Shown in pieces: positions 1-13,071 of a stretch of 53,803 nucleotides of DNA. Under the pieces are notes generated by a model that worked only from the letters and a program-made list of their open reading frames with translations, made no database searches and was not told where the DNA came from. Positions within the stretch are counted from its first letter, which is position 1. Every line of letters starts with the position of its first letter. The position numbers were made by a program, and so were the translations under genes. The stretch is from Catajapyx aquilonaris (lineage: Eukaryota), in the NCBI GenBank assembly GCA_000934665.2, contig JYFJ02002620.1:1-53803 (forward strand), in the 5' to 3' direction.

Positions 1-95
1 GGAAGACAGGATGGAAGGAGCGATGTGACAACTAAAGCGAACGCGCTACAGGTGCAGACAGACATCACTCGCAGTGAAGCTAATATAAAGCGTGT

Positions 96-1637
96 AAAAA
101 ACACCAAAGTTGTCCGATTAAATCGCACGGGGTGTCAAAAGTTGTTGTATTGACAATTACAACACTGGTGAATTTATTTTAAAATTTTTGTACTTCATCT
201 TCATTTGTCGCAAGAGCCTTCAAGTTGCGCAATTTTTGCGAGAACAGCACATATTACATTATGCAACACAATTTTTGTCCATGGAAATTCATCGCTATTT
301 CCATGTTCCTTAGGTCACTGGTAACTCATAATTGAGCATTCAGTTTGTATGGTATTTGTTTTTGACCTTGGGGCAGTTGCAGTCAAAAACCAAATCTCGA
401 ATTAGTGCATATGGGTCATTCCGAATCAAGTAGGCCGAAATGTTGCTAGACCATCTCTGAATTTGCTGAAAAATATCACCGATGTACATGACCATGCCAT
501 AACACGTCATGTCAAGTTTCAGCCAAATTACGCAATACCGTTGGGAGGGGAAAAAATCACGAAATTGAGGAAAATAGTGAAAATCAGGCCCTTTCGGATA
601 ATTTTTTCGGTTCGTGGAAGGGTCAACCCCCAATAACCAATACATCAAATGAAAGAGGATCACGAAGGGAATGCGTCTATGCAATTAGTTTTCCTCTACA
701 GTGTAACCAGAAAAATGTGCGTGGCATTCCATCGGTCCCGTGCTCGGTCCCATGTCCAAGAATTTTGAAATTTTCTGGTTACATTAAATGTAACCAGAAA
801 ATTTCGGTCCGAAATTTCAAAATTCTTGGACATGTGACCGAGCACGTGACCGATGGAATGTTACGCACATTTTTCTGGTTACACTTTAGAGGAAAACTAA
901 TTCGATAGACGCATTCCCCTCGTGATCCTCTTTCATTTAATGTATTGCTTATTGGGGTTTGACCATTTCCACTAACCGAAAAAACTATCCGAAAGGGCCA
1001 GATTTTCACTATTTTCCTCAATTTCGCGATTTTTTCCCCTCCCAACGGTATTGCGTAATTTGGCTGAAACTTGACATGACGTGTTATGGCATAGTCATAC
1101 CGAAGCAAGTTGGCATAGTGGATAAGGCGTCCGACTGCTAATCGGGAGGTCCTGGGATCGAATCCCGGGGCCGGTAACTCTGACCGTGGTTTTCCCCGGT
1201 CCTTTATTATTATAGCATAGTCATGTACGTACATCGGTGATATTTTTTTAGCAAATTGCGAACTGGTCTAGCAACATTTCGGCCTACTTGATTCGGAATG
1301 ACCCATATGCACTATTTCGAGGAATTTGGTTTTTTGACTGCAACTGCCCCAAGGTCAAAACAAATCCCGGACAAAATGAATGATCAATTATTATGAGTTA
1401 CCAGCGACCTAAGCAACATGGAAATAGCGATGAATTTCCATGGACAAAAATCGTGTTGCATAATGTGTTATATGTGTTGTTCTCGCAAAAATTGCGAAAC
1501 TTGAAGGCTCTGGCGACAAATGAAGATGAAGTACGAAAATTCTAAAGAAATTCACCAGTGTTACACTTGTCCATACACAACTTTTGACATCCCGTGAGAT
1601 TTAATCGGAATACTTTCGTTTTTTTCGCTCCACCCTA
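96..1637. mobile_element. Long palindromic (foldback) non-autonomous DNA transposon, left terminus missing
   Basis: About 700-bp arms are reverse complements around a centre near 786-810. The right end is ...CGCTCCACCCTA; the matching left tip is absent. A SINE interrupts the right arm. Confidence 0.85.
1099..1209 (+). mobile_element. Short tRNA-derived SINE (family A), body deleted
   Basis: A-box TGGCATAGTGG, B-box GGATCGAATCC, (TTA)n tail. TSD GCATAGTCAT at 1089-1098 and 1215-1224. Same head as 24492, 25754 and 37802. Confidence 0.9.
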
Positions 1638-2379
1638 ATGCAGGGCATGGCTATCTCTCTTTTTTTAAATGTCAGTTGGCGGTTTTTGATACTCATTGTC
1701 AGACCCTTAATTGTGACCACAAACCCTCGTTCTCAGCCATATTACATATGCTTACTTTATATATGCACATTGTGCCATTTTCTGCCGTGAATGAGGCACC
1801 AAGACTATATATTTTCAGCAAACTATATGTACTTTTGCAGTGAGTTCCGTAGTTGTTGTGTACGGTATGCATCGTTATACAAGTACAGTATTCTAATTAT
1901 GCAATAATTAGTTATATGGATCAATAAATTTTACCTCGTGAACTTGAAGTGTGATATAATCTCCAGTGACAACTGACAAGAAGCAGATCCTGAGAATCGC
2001 AGCAGAACTGTAAATCACTCAGCATGAAATGCGAACCAGTCTGTCCTAGTCATATCCATCTTAGGCATGTTTTCTGCAATATCTTACTGAGTGGGCATGA
2101 GGCCAATATATTGTACAATCCACTACCAGTTCGTGTTTACACTAAGCGAAATTCTTCGACCCCCAGTCGCGTTTTGGACTAGGAACGAATGAGATCCAGT
2201 GGGAGCGAGGGGTGTGAGAAAGGTAGCATGTTCTTAACCAAGGATTTGGTTTTGGTCATTCCAAAGTGTGGTTATTATACAGGGTGTCCGTGAACCGACC
2301 AGTCAGACCTGTACCCGTGGCTCAATAATATATTGACACCAGAGGATCATTTTATGTAGAGGAGTCATTATGTCTGGGT

Positions 2380-2713
2380 GGGGAGATGAAGTGGCGCCGC
2401 GGTAACGCGTGCGCCCACGGATATGAAGGTCCCGGGTTCAATCCTCACCCGGGGTTCCCACCTTTATCCGTGCAGAGTTGGGCCATCTCTGGCTTCATTT
2501 CTGGTGGCAATTTCCGACAGACTAAGCCACCCGGGGGAGTTCACAAAATGACGATTAGAGACATTGCACTTGCACTTTGCACATCCCCTCCCACCCACCT
2601 TTGGAGTACACTAATAAGATTCTCTCTTAACTCGCTCCAACTAAAACCCCAATGGTGGTAATCCACCCCCCTTAGGAGTAGGTAACTCCCCCCGTGGGGT
2701 AATGCAAAAAAAA
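2380..2713 (+). mobile_element. tRNA-derived SINE family B with poly(A) tail
   Basis: A/B boxes (TGGCGCCGCGG; GGTTCAATCC), A-run tail, TSD TATGTCTGGGT at 2369-2379 and 2714-2724. Confidence 0.9.
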
Positions 2714-2755
2714 TATGTCTGGGTAGCCTCATTACTGATGAGATAATTGCCTTCA

Positions 2756-3114
2756 GGGGGGAGACGGAGTGGCGATGGCGCCGCGGTAACGTGTGCGCCC
2801 ACGGATGTTAAGGTCCCAGGATCAAATCCCGCCCGGGGACACCCCCTTCATCTCGTGCAGAGTGTGGGTCGTCTCTGGCTTCGTTTCTGGGTGGAATATC
2901 CTACAGACAAATCCACCCGGGGGAGTTCACAAAATGACCTCGTACAGCATTGCATTGCACTGCACTTGCACATCCCCTCCTGTCATCCCCTATCGCTCGC
3001 GGTACCCGGGCGTTACGGAAAAGGACCAAAAATGTAGCTGTACACCTAAAAGCAAATAAAGGTACCGTGCCAGATGCCCATCAATGGGCGGTGCACTAAA
3101 CCAATTATTATTAT
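2756..3114 (+). mobile_element. tRNA-derived SINE family B with a different 3' end and (ATT)n tail
   Basis: Head and body homologous to 2380-2590. TSD TAATTGCCTTCA at 2744-2755 and 3115-3126. Confidence 0.9.
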
Positions 3115-3430
3115 TAATTGCCTTCAAACGACAAGTACAAAGTATCCTGGGAGGTATGGAAACCTTCAGCCCCGAAATCGCATCACCGGTCAATTAATAG
3201 CAGCTTTTCCATTTGGCTACTAGCATGTCGCATGTGTACTGCATGTCGCATGTGATCTGTGACAATCTGTGACAATCACTCTTAGGTCAGATCGCTAAAT
3301 CGCAAATGATCAATTATCTCAGTAATAAGGCTGCCCGGACATAATGACTCCTTTACATAACATGATCCTCTGGTGTCAATGGAGCCACTGGTGCAGGTCT
3401 GACTGGTCTGTTCACGGACACCCTGTATAT

Positions 3431-4210
3431 GGGGCATTCCACGTCAAGCGGAACACCTTCCGACAAATCCTTGAGGACCTTGACCAAAATTTAGTGACAT
3501 GTACTACTCATCGACCTATGCAGGAAGCCAAATTATTATCCCTCTGCGTTACGTGGTTGCTTAACTACAGGGTGTCAAATGTCCCGATTTTCGCGCATTT
3601 TTGCTACGTTTGCTGTCACTTAGATGGCTATATCTCCTAGAAGCTCGCGGTGAAGTCTAACTCTAACATTTGATATGTGCATTCGAAGGGTATATTTACG
3701 CTCTATGAGACGGTCATGTTCATTTTTAAGAAATCCAAAAATGTAAAGTCAAAGATGGCGTTTTGAAACAAAAAAGTTATTATTGTCGGCAATATAAACG
3801 TATATATGAGGCATTCCACATCAAGCGGGCCACCTTTCCGACAAATCTTTGAAGACCTTGACCAAATTTTAGTGACATGTACAGTACAGTACTACTCATC
3901 GGCCTATGCCGCAAGCCAGATTATTATACCTCTGCGTTGCGTGGTAGCGTAACTACAGGGTGCGATATCTACCAATTTATAGCGATTTTTGCTTCGCATG
4001 CAGTCACTTGGATTACCGTAACTCCAAGAGGATAAGTACAAATCCGAAACTTGATGTGTGCGTTGGATACCTAATTTAACGCTCTATGGGATGGCCATAC
4101 TGATGATTACGAGAATCAAAAATTTAAATTCAAAAATTGGCGCTCAAATTTTGATTTTCATTTTTCTCAAACATGGCTCCTTTTGAAATTTTTTGAATGA
4201 CCCTTAAAAT
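3431..4210 (+). repeat. Two diverged tandem ~380-bp copies of a probable DNA-transposon end (GGGGCATTCCAC...)
   Basis: Units start at 3431 and ~3808 and share GGCATTCCAC.TCAAGCGG...GACCTTGACCAAA.TTTAGTGACATGTAC. Both are preceded by ATAT. Confidence 0.65.
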
Positions 4211-4653
4211 GAAGCTGGACATGTCTGGCAGTTATTTCCGCAAACTCTACGAGAACGAATTCAGTACTGATTAGTTAGCAACTGTGTAGGCGCTTTTAGC
4301 GGTTCTGCTTAAAGTGGAATTTTCGTCGTTCTATTAGCCGCTTTTTACAAAGCAGTACTGTATAGCCTAATCAGTGCTTAATAGAGACAATTGACAGTTG
4401 GCGCATGCACATAACAAGCCTTCCTGTATAAACAAGTGAAGGGAGAAGGCGATGATAGACAATAATGCTACGTTAATGAGTATGGAGCAGGGTCGCGGGG
4501 CCGACGCGGGGCAGTATATCTGGGTCGTGATCTGGGTCATTTAATATTCCTCGTGTTGTGAGATTTTAGCCATACAAGTCGGTATAGAGGCGGAAGATGT
4601 CGTGTGATCCCATGGTGCAGGATGTAAAAGATCGACTGCTGACTTCACCAGTA

Positions 4654-4973
4654 CAGGGTGTTCCAAGTTCGTGAGTCTTTTTATTTATAACTAATATCGC
4701 CCGATGTAGTTATCTTTTGTAGCTTGTTGCTCCCCGTTCCTGTTGCCCCAAATTTACTTCCAGGTATGGCAAACTTCTGGATAGAGGTGATCCTTACAGG
4801 TATATTTAAGCAACAGCTCTCCGATGAGGGACCACCTGGGACGAGAGGCGCAACAAGCTACAAAAAATAACTACTTCGGGCGACATTAGTGATAAATAAA
4901 ACGACCAACAGGCTTGTTGGGGGAAACGAGTATACGTATGCCGCCAGATGTCCCACTAGTAAGAAACACCCAG
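4654..4973. mobile_element. Tc1/mariner-type MITE
   Basis: TA-CAGGGTGTT...AACACCCAG-TA with inverted subterminal arms at about 4686-4735 and 4840-4895. Confidence 0.7.
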
Positions 4974-5820
4974 TATACAGTATAGGTCAGAAAAATACTT
5001 CCAAAATAGTTTGAAGTCGAGTCGCTATATTGTTGATACACAGTATACTGGTGTAATTGAGACTTGAAGGACTCTAATTTAGTGTTAACGTATAACCGTG
5101 GGTCAGAATTCCTCATTAACCAGATCAGCAGAGATTTCGCGTTAAAGTTGGCCACCCATCAGCAGAAGAAAGTCTCATCTGTGGGTTGTATTGGGTAGTA
5201 ATATGCGTCATAAATGAACTAAGGCACGGCCCTGTCATTGCAGGTCGACGACACCTCAGAAAAACCTTCCGAGATTTCCATTTGGACAAATTATTCTATA
5301 CCGGTATGCATTTTATCCATGTGTATGGCACTCTTATAAGAACAATTTACCCACCTTCCCCTCAATTCCTCGTTTACTAAGCCCAATTCCCTCGCCTATG
5401 ATTTTATGGTCGCTAATTATACAGAAGCTTTACTTTGCAAAGTACTAAATCCTATGTTGGCGTAAGAGGAGGGGAGGAACTGGGTGGGTGAGGTAGGGAA
5501 GTTGGCTATTCTTTGGTCCTCATTATTCCCATTTTCCCATAATGCAATATTCTTTTTCGCTCTTGATTATGAAAATACCATTGCATGCCTAATAGCCATC
5601 ACCGGCCAGGTTGCGTCTCAACCCATGAAATGTCAGCCATGGTGGGCATGCCTAATTATACTTGATGACTTACTTGAGGCTTTAGGCACCATCCCCTACC
5701 GACGCGACGCTTGCTTCTAATTATTTCTTGATCTGATAAAGGCCGTTTCCTTATTCACTTCTTTTGGTCATTACTTTACAAAAAACATGCTTCCACGTAC
5801 CATATAGAGAGAAGTGACTG

Positions 5821-6040
5821 GACTTAAATTTACCGAATTCTTTACTGCTTAAAGTAAAATAATATACAAGACATATAAAGAATTATGAAAGCGGCTTATG
5901 TTGACTCAAAACAAGCTGATTTGAAATTACCGTCAAACTAATTTCAAATCAGCTTGTTTCGAGTAAACATAAGCCGCTTTCATAATTCTTTATATGTCTT
6001 GTATAATTACTTAGCAGTAAAGAATTCGGTAAGTTTGAGT
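5821..6040. repeat. ~220-bp hairpin
   Basis: TTACCGAATTCTTTACTGCT...AGCAGTAAAGAATTCGGTAA arms with a short loop. Confidence 0.85.
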
Positions 6041-6502
6041 TTGAGAAATTACCGTCAAAGCCAATTGGATGGAATACAAATTCACGAAACAGACAGAGGG
6101 GGAGGAGGACTATTTGAAATGCAGAAATGTCAAGTTCCTGAAGGTATTGATGGCCAAACTTCGATGCTGATCTATACAGAGAGAACTGGTCATGGCCGCA
6201 AGTAGAGGACAGAAGTTGTTTATTGTGTGGAGAGGGAAGAGAAACAATTTAACACACAGTAAGGGATTGCAGGGAGATGGAAAAGGAAAGGAAGGATTGG
6301 CTACAGGGGATAGCTATATAGAGCACAAAGAGGTGGCAGACATCTACCAATACGTGAATGACGTAAAAAAAGAGGAGCAATATGTAAATACTTGCACAAA
6401 CTAGTAAATAAGAGAAAGGACAAGGTTTTGGAGTAGATAGGGGAGATGTGGGAAATGAGACAATTTTCCGTACTCGCCAACATGCATTGATATCCCTGCC
6501 TA

Positions 6503-6667
6503 CACTTCGAGTTATGGATAACTTCGAGTTGTAGAAATTCGATGTAGGGAAGTTTATTTCCTATTATTTTACATTGTGACCAACCAAGCTCATCATTTTC
6601 TTCGACTTATCTGCGACTTATAGAGAACTTCGACTTAGGGAAGTTCGACTTATATAAAAGTTTACTG
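6503..6667. mobile_element. pogo/Tigger-like MITE end fragment
   Basis: Repeated TTCGA(G/C)TTA subterminal motifs ending GTTTACTG-TA. Confidence 0.5.
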
Positions 6668-6684
6668 TATGAGATTAAGGTATA

Positions 6685-6802
6685 TAGTCTGGTGACCCGG
6701 GGTAGCTTGCCCCCTGGGGTAACTGGTTGTTTACTGTTATCCTTTTACATATGCTGCCATGGTGATTGCCCGCGGGATAGCTTACCCGGGGTCACCAGAC
6801 TA
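6685..6802. mobile_element. Small MITE-like hairpin
   Basis: TAGTCTGGTGACCC...GGGTCACCAGACTA inverted termini. Confidence 0.7.
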
Positions 6803-7449
6803 GGGGCCTAAGAGAGATAACCGTGAGTTTGAACGCATCCATTGCATTTATGGGCAAACCAGGGGATTCTCGACAACATTGATGGGCTTCCCCTGCAGAC
6901 CTCACCCATGCTCCATCCACCCTGTGACAATTGGTTTGACTCCGTATAACAATCTCATATTTTATCCTTCAATCAACTTGTTCTCAGAAGTTACTAAAGG
7001 CCGGTTCAAACACTCTGGGTGTCTGTCGGTTGTGGGCAGAATGTGGATGAATTGTGGGTCTTCCCCGACATGGTTCGTGAGTAATGAATGTGCGGTATTG
7101 GGCTGGATGGCTGCTATTCTCGCAGATGACTTGGTTTAGATGCAAACATACTTTCCAAGCTGGCCTGATTTTGTTACATCCATACCATTTCAGCATTTTG
7201 TTTAAAAATGGTAAATAGGCAGATATTTAAAATCTCACTTATATGGAACGATGGTATATTTAGCCTGGACTATTATATACCGTTGCTAGGGCTCTCCTGC
7301 CAACCAAGCCGTTTGTGGTATGTATTTGGGTGTCCTCTGGATAATAAACGAGTTGCACAGAAGCGGTTGTGCCGTGATTGGGTTGCACATTAGAGGTAAC
7401 CTCTGACCTAAGGTGATATAGTCTTCCTCTCTAATGCAATCAGAAAATA

Positions 7450-8145
7450 TCAAAATTCTTGGACATGTGACCTAGCACGTGACCGATGGAATGCCACGCA
7501 CATTTTTCTGGTTATATTAGAGAGGAAGACTAATTTCAGAGACGCATTCCCCTTGTGATCCTCTTTCATTTGATGTATTGCTTATTGGGGTTTGACCACT
7601 TGCACGAACCGAAAAAATTATTCAAAAGGGCCTGATTTCCACTATTTTCCTCAATGGCTCAATTTCGCGATTTTTCCCCTCCCAACGGTATTGCGTAATT
7701 TGGCTGAAACTTGACATGACGTGTTATGTCATAGTCATGTACAGCGGTGATATTTTTCAGCAAATTCCGAGATGGTCTAGTAACATTTCGGCCTACTTGA
7801 TTCGGAATGACCCATATGCAGTATTTCGAGGAATTTGTTTTTTTGACTGCAACTGCCACAAGGTCAAAAACAAATCCCAGACAAAATGAATGGTCAATTA
7901 TGAGTTACCAGTGACCTAAGGAACATGGAAATAGCGTTGAATTTCCATGGACAAAAATCGTGTTGCATAATGTAATAATTTGTGTTGTTCTCACAAAAAT
8001 TGCGAAACTTGAAGGCTCTTGCGACAAATGAAGATGAAGTACGAAAATTCTTTAAAAATTCGGCAATGTTTCACTAGTCCATACACAACTTTTGACACCC
8101 CGTGTTATTTAATCGGACAACTTCCGTTCTTTTCGCTCCACCCTA
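7450..8145 (+). mobile_element. One arm of the same foldback family as 96-1637
   Basis: Collinear with about 818-1637, lacks the SINE, and has the same CGCTCCACCCTA end. Confidence 0.9.
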
Positions 8146-10715
8146 CTGTACATTGCAGAGGAATAATAACAAAGGTCCAGCTGGAACGTTCAGAATATAT
8201 TGGAATGGGCCTTCCATTGGTGGAACAATTATCTGCGGGACTATCATTTGACATACGATGGGATATTGGATTTTAACAGTTCGTTGGTAATTAAACAAAC
8301 AGCAGTGTTGTACGTATAGATAATGTTTCATTAAGTCAGCTGGCCAATAGGTGGTCAGTAGTGGAATGGAAATATATATTTCCGAAGAGAGTGCGCTTTA
8401 ATTAAAATCAATTAATTGCCTCCACAAATTGGTAATATTCTATAGTGATTGGTAAATCAAAGGCTTCCAGCCGTCACAATTCCATGCTTCTGGAAAATAC
8501 GCGTATATGTGGAGGTGTAACAAACATTTGAAAGATCAAACGCATTAAATCATCTAGATGGAGCCTCATAAGCGATTATCACCACAGCCTTCCACCTCTT
8601 GGCTTCTCCAAATCGATCCTCGGTCGGGCAGAGAATTATCATATTGTGGATTTTATTTGTGAGGTTTTTTCTGCATTATGGTTGGTTTGGTCGGGGACAT
8701 CCCATTTCTTTCCACAACCTAAAATTTCTATTTCTCATACTGATACGCAATTTGAGTCATGGTATTCCATCATTTTTGGGCATCGCGTTTTGACAAATCA
8801 ATGTTTACCAAATCACCATTTAGAAATTTTTGCCCAAACTTTGTAGGGCTGCAGAGCCCCAGAGATAATTTTTACGATAAAATGCATTTCCATTCAAAAT
8901 TCTGTCGTATGCCTGCGGTATCGTGTTTCCCGAACACCCTGTACACTAGTTACATACTCTTTTCCGGTACCATGACATTCTTCAACAGTAACATTATTGG
9001 AAACACTGTATTTTCTATACAGGCATAATAAATCGGAACAGTTGCGTGTATCGTTATTCTCAACTGACACTGACAAGGGCGAACTGTAAGTGTTGATAAT
9101 GGAGTTTCCGAATGAAACTTGGCACTATAATATAGGCAGGTAAGTCGTTATTAAACAAAATGCAAATTGTTTTGGCGGAACGATACAAGGTCAAAAATTA
9201 TGACATCTCGAACTCACAAGGGACACTTTCCAAGGTCTCACCAATTTTATTCAAATTCGGTACATTGGTACCCCACCCCAAGGGATTAAAAACGCACCTA
9301 AAGTGACCTGCTCAAATTGACCCGGTGACCATTGCATTGCACTGGTACTGCTAAGCTAAAAGTGTAACTGTAATATTTATTGCGTAACGGAAAACGACGT
9401 GGGTAAACAGTGCAGACTGAGTTTGATTTCGCAAAGAAAAGCAATGAGATGAGAGGAAGAAAAAGGGTGTAAGGGAATGGCCGGTCAAGTGGCCTCGAGT
9501 GCTCGATGCGACACTTTTAAATAGTAGCACAGTCGCAATAAGGCCTGGCGGGAGTAGAGAAGTCGGTTGGTCACGTGGGTGTAGGGAATGACGATGGAAA
9601 AAATTGTGATTGGAAGTGGTTTCCAACCTTTTACCAACTGCGACCCCCTAAACATGGTTCCATAAAGGACCTGTTCAAAGTTATCCTGACTCAGAAAGGC
9701 AACCCGCATGGCCCAATGATTCGTTTCTTTAGATTGGAGCAGATCACTGAAACTTGGCACAGGGGAGTTGGATCGAAATGGCTGCTGTCCAGCCACTCTA
9801 ATATATGTCATTCAATGGAAGAGTGCTTCTAAAGGGTGACCTTCAACAGTTTGGAGAAAGAGTTCGGCCTTGCTTTGCCAACGAATGCCATCTTGAGTCC
9901 GCCCCTCTATCTCCTCTCTCTCCTCTCTCTCTTTTAGGGGAGAGTGAGAGGGAGGAGAGGGAGTGAGGGAGAGATACGCGATTGGGCAAACGCGTGATAT
10001 CTCGATGGGGCTTGCATTTCGCATGTTGGTCAGTCACACATGGCATTAGTCCCACGCTATTATTCTTACAACATTTTTACGGTGTAAAACCCACATAAAT
10101 TGTCGTTGGCGCAACGGTCATTATGATATGGTGCCCCAGTGGCAACATATTTGGAATACTACCAAGGCCGCCAGAGAGCAACACCTACCACATCAAAGAT
10201 AGAGTGAGGGCGAACACAGCGGGGTATAGCGTAAAACTAGGTGCATAGAATATACACTACAAGATGAGCATAATTTTTGTCGTTTGGGTTGTGGGGCTAC
10301 TCAGGGTAACCTTGAACAGGTCCTTTACGACTCCCCCCCCCCCTCCTCCCCGGCCCCTCCTACATTCTGCCCCTGTCCAGAAAACACACTCTGTACGGCC
10401 GCAAAAATGGTTCAATTGACACAGAAATTGCAAAAATAAAAGGTTGAACCAAGGCTCGCGACCCCCCGCGATCCTGCCCGCGACCTCGCTGGGGGTCGGG
10501 GGTCGCGACCCACCGCACCGGTTGGAAACTGCTGGAATAAGGAACCTTGGCTGGCCAATGAGGCAAAATTAAATAACAGGGTGTACATGAGGCGCTGATG
10601 ATGACATAGTCAAATCATTTCTATCACAAAAGTAACTAGTAGTACGACGAAAATTCCACCCTATATTATGTGGAAGTGTGCCGGGATCAGCCTTTAGAGT
10701 ATGCTATTATCGAGA

Positions 10716-10770
10716 TCTGTTACAGCCGAGGCTGTTATATCCGGATTCAACTAACAACATCATCATCATC

Positions 10771-10813
<43 letters not shown>

Positions 10814-10898
10814 GCAGCAGCAGCAGCAGCAGCAACAACAACATATTGTTGTTGTTGTTAGTTGAATCCTAATTTATAACAGCCTCGGCTGTAACAGA
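10716..10898. repeat. Inverted repeat enclosing compound (ATC)n(AAC)n(AGC)n microsatellite
   Basis: TCTGTTACAGCCGAGGCTGTTATA...TATAACAGCCTCGGCTGTAACAGA flanks. Confidence 0.85.
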
Positions 10899-11459
10899 CT
10901 TTCGGTTATAACAGACTGGAAAGGACCGTCCCTCCATACTTCCATAATAAGGCCCTGTGTATTTTACTCCTGATAAAAGATACTAATTTCCTCTCATCTC
11001 AACTATTTTTGGCCCCTCGGTGTAAAAATATGCTGTTTTTGATTATTATTCAACTACCTTTCCCAAGCGAGCAAAGCACTGCTTAATGAAGCGGGCGCGA
11101 TTTTCCCACATGTCACTGATCTAACACTAACTTGCAGAAAAAGGTCAAAATCATACTTTTTCTTGTATATTTGACAAGGTCGAAATGGCATTAAAAATGA
11201 CAGATTTTTAGGGTGTACAGCCTAAGTTACGGGTGAGCTCATATGGCATGTTTGTGGGTATAGTTTATTCATTAATCAGTGTGCATTATAAACATATACC
11301 CAGGGTTCGGAAATTTGACCTACCGTCGCGTCGCTTTGGGAAATGATAGAGGGTTTCTAGGCGATCACCTTGGTCGTTCCCTTGTTAGACTCGTAGGCTC
11401 CACGTTGTCCTTCCCAATCATCAACATTCATCATTCCCAAGTTCATCTGGGCCGTGATG

Positions 11460-11460
11460 C

Positions 11461-11523
<63 letters not shown>

Positions 11524-11526
11524 TAC

Positions 11527-11556
<30 letters not shown>
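11460..11556. repeat. (ATT)n microsatellite, possibly a retroposon tail
   Basis: Seen directly. Confidence 0.95.
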
Positions 11557-11557
<1 letters not shown>

Positions 11558-11824
11558 AGAAAGTCATACCCTTACTGGTTTTTCCTGCATAAATTCCTTA
11601 ATGTTATAGTTAGCTCTACAATTAATGTCAACGTCATATAGGATTCTTTCAATTGTTCTCATTAGCAATCTAACAATAAGAACTATCTACTGTAAGATGG
11701 GCCTACTTTGATCATAGTGGGGATACTTCGGTCCAAGCACGTGAAAAGTACTTCAAAAATGCATAAGATGGCAGGTAATGACACTAACTACATGTAATAA
11801 GCAGAATCACTAAGGAGTTGTGAC

Positions 11825-11962
11825 CAAGGGGGTAATCACTTGACTGAAAAGTGTACACTGGAGTATCAAATTCAAGGAGTACCAAGGAGTAATAAAGAGT
11901 GAGGTACCTGAGGAGTGCCAGGGAGTACCACTCGCAGGTGTACACCGGAGTACCGAAGTGAT
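11825..11962 (+). mobile_element. 148-bp CAAGGGGG-MITE family copy, right tip missing
   Basis: Near-identical to 30193-30340. Confidence 0.85.
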
Positions 11963-11989
11963 ATGAATATGAAGATGATGGTTGTGATA

Positions 11990-12200
11990 TTTGTGGTAAA
12001 TGTGTCATACATCGAAGTTTGTAAACCTGCCAGCAGAGTGCTGCTTTCCACAAGTCACATTGGCACATGTTTTCGCGTGTTTTCAAGAAGTCCGAACTAA
12101 GACCGGTGCAGCCGCACGTGTATAGGTATCAACTGCATTTCGCATTTGTAGTACATTTAGTTGCCGTTCCAGGCATATGTAAGTCACGAAATACTGTAAT
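11990..12200 (-). pseudogene. Possible piggyBac transposase C-terminal Cys-rich remnant
   Basis: Minus strand reads RDLHMP..KCS*..CGC..KTRENMCQCDLW..LC..YKLRC, resembling the piggyBac cysteine-rich domain; contains a stop. Confidence 0.4.
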
Positions 12201-12550
12201 TCTTATCGGCAATAATTGTGTGGGGGGAAAGAAATCAAAAGAAGTTGTAAGTGATGGAGTCACTTTGATCCATAATATTCTTGGATCAAAGAAGCCCCAA
12301 GACTCCTTGTCCATTATGGTCATGATAAACTGAACTCTCTGGGTACAGTCAGTGAGTTCAAAAGGTGTCTCCAATGTGGCACCGTACTGATAGCAGTAAT
12401 GTTGTACTAATATACACGATGTTACAGGTAACTTTGGCTAAAATCACAGGGTGGGTAGAGGCCCCATAGGCAAGTATTTTGAGCTTAGGTAACAACAGTT
12501 CAAAAAGAATTGTCCCTCGCGTCGAGCGGGCAGCCACGCGTCAGGATTAA

Positions 12551-13071
12551 CCTGTTGAGGGCCGAGTTTTTTTTTGGCCATTTTAGTCTCTTTATGAAAA
12601 AAAAATCTAGTAGGAGTAATATTAATGAAAAACAATATGCTCCAATATTTATCATTTCAACTCGTGGTGGTCCTTTTGACTGTAAAATGCCGAAAAAATT
12701 TATCTACAGGGTGGTCCAGAAAAAAATTTAACGTGCAATTAACTTGAAACGTAATTAAATTTATTTAAATTTTTAACGTCACTATAAAATTGTTACTGTG
12801 GTTACATAATACTACTAAAACACTGTACTTAGAGAAATTACTACGAGTCCAGACGTCACATGTTGTCAAAAACTTTCAGGCGGGAGGGGGTATGCTTAGC
12901 TCCCGCTGGGAGGCGGGAAAACTGATTAGCATACGCCGTGATGGTTGAGCCCCCTTCCACGAGGTGGTAGGAGCAGTTTGAGCCTCAAACTGCGCCATTT
13001 TTGTGTAAACTCTAGTGCTCCCAGTTCAAAAACCAGCAGGAAGTCATATGACTTCCGTGGCCCTCAACAGG
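12551..13071. mobile_element. piggyBac-like non-autonomous element
   Basis: TTAA TSD (12547-12550 and 13072-13075), 13-bp TIR CCTGTTGAGGGCC, subterminal palindrome GGAAGTCATATGACTTCC. Confidence 0.9.

Larger units (their letters stand above)
2280..3425. mobile_element. Tc1/mariner-type MITE carrying two SINE insertions
   Basis: TA-CAGGGTGTCCGTGAAC...GTTCACGGACACCCTG-TA with roughly 100-bp TIRs. Confidence 0.9.

Noticed and set aside
1099..1175. tRNA-Ser(GCT) gene (also 24492, 25754, 37802)
   Set aside because: No long variable arm, poor acceptor stem, and attached SINE body, tail and TSDs.
340..1234. ORFs of 114 and 151 aa
   Set aside because: They lie in foldback arms and a SINE; mirrored peptides are due to the palindrome.
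9369..10070. Solo LTR (TGTAA...TTACA)
   Set aside because: Only weak terminal symmetry and no matching TSD or PBS.
10670..11641. Poly-N/T/S and poly-I ORFs (also poly-L at 24694)
   Set aside because: Microsatellite translations.
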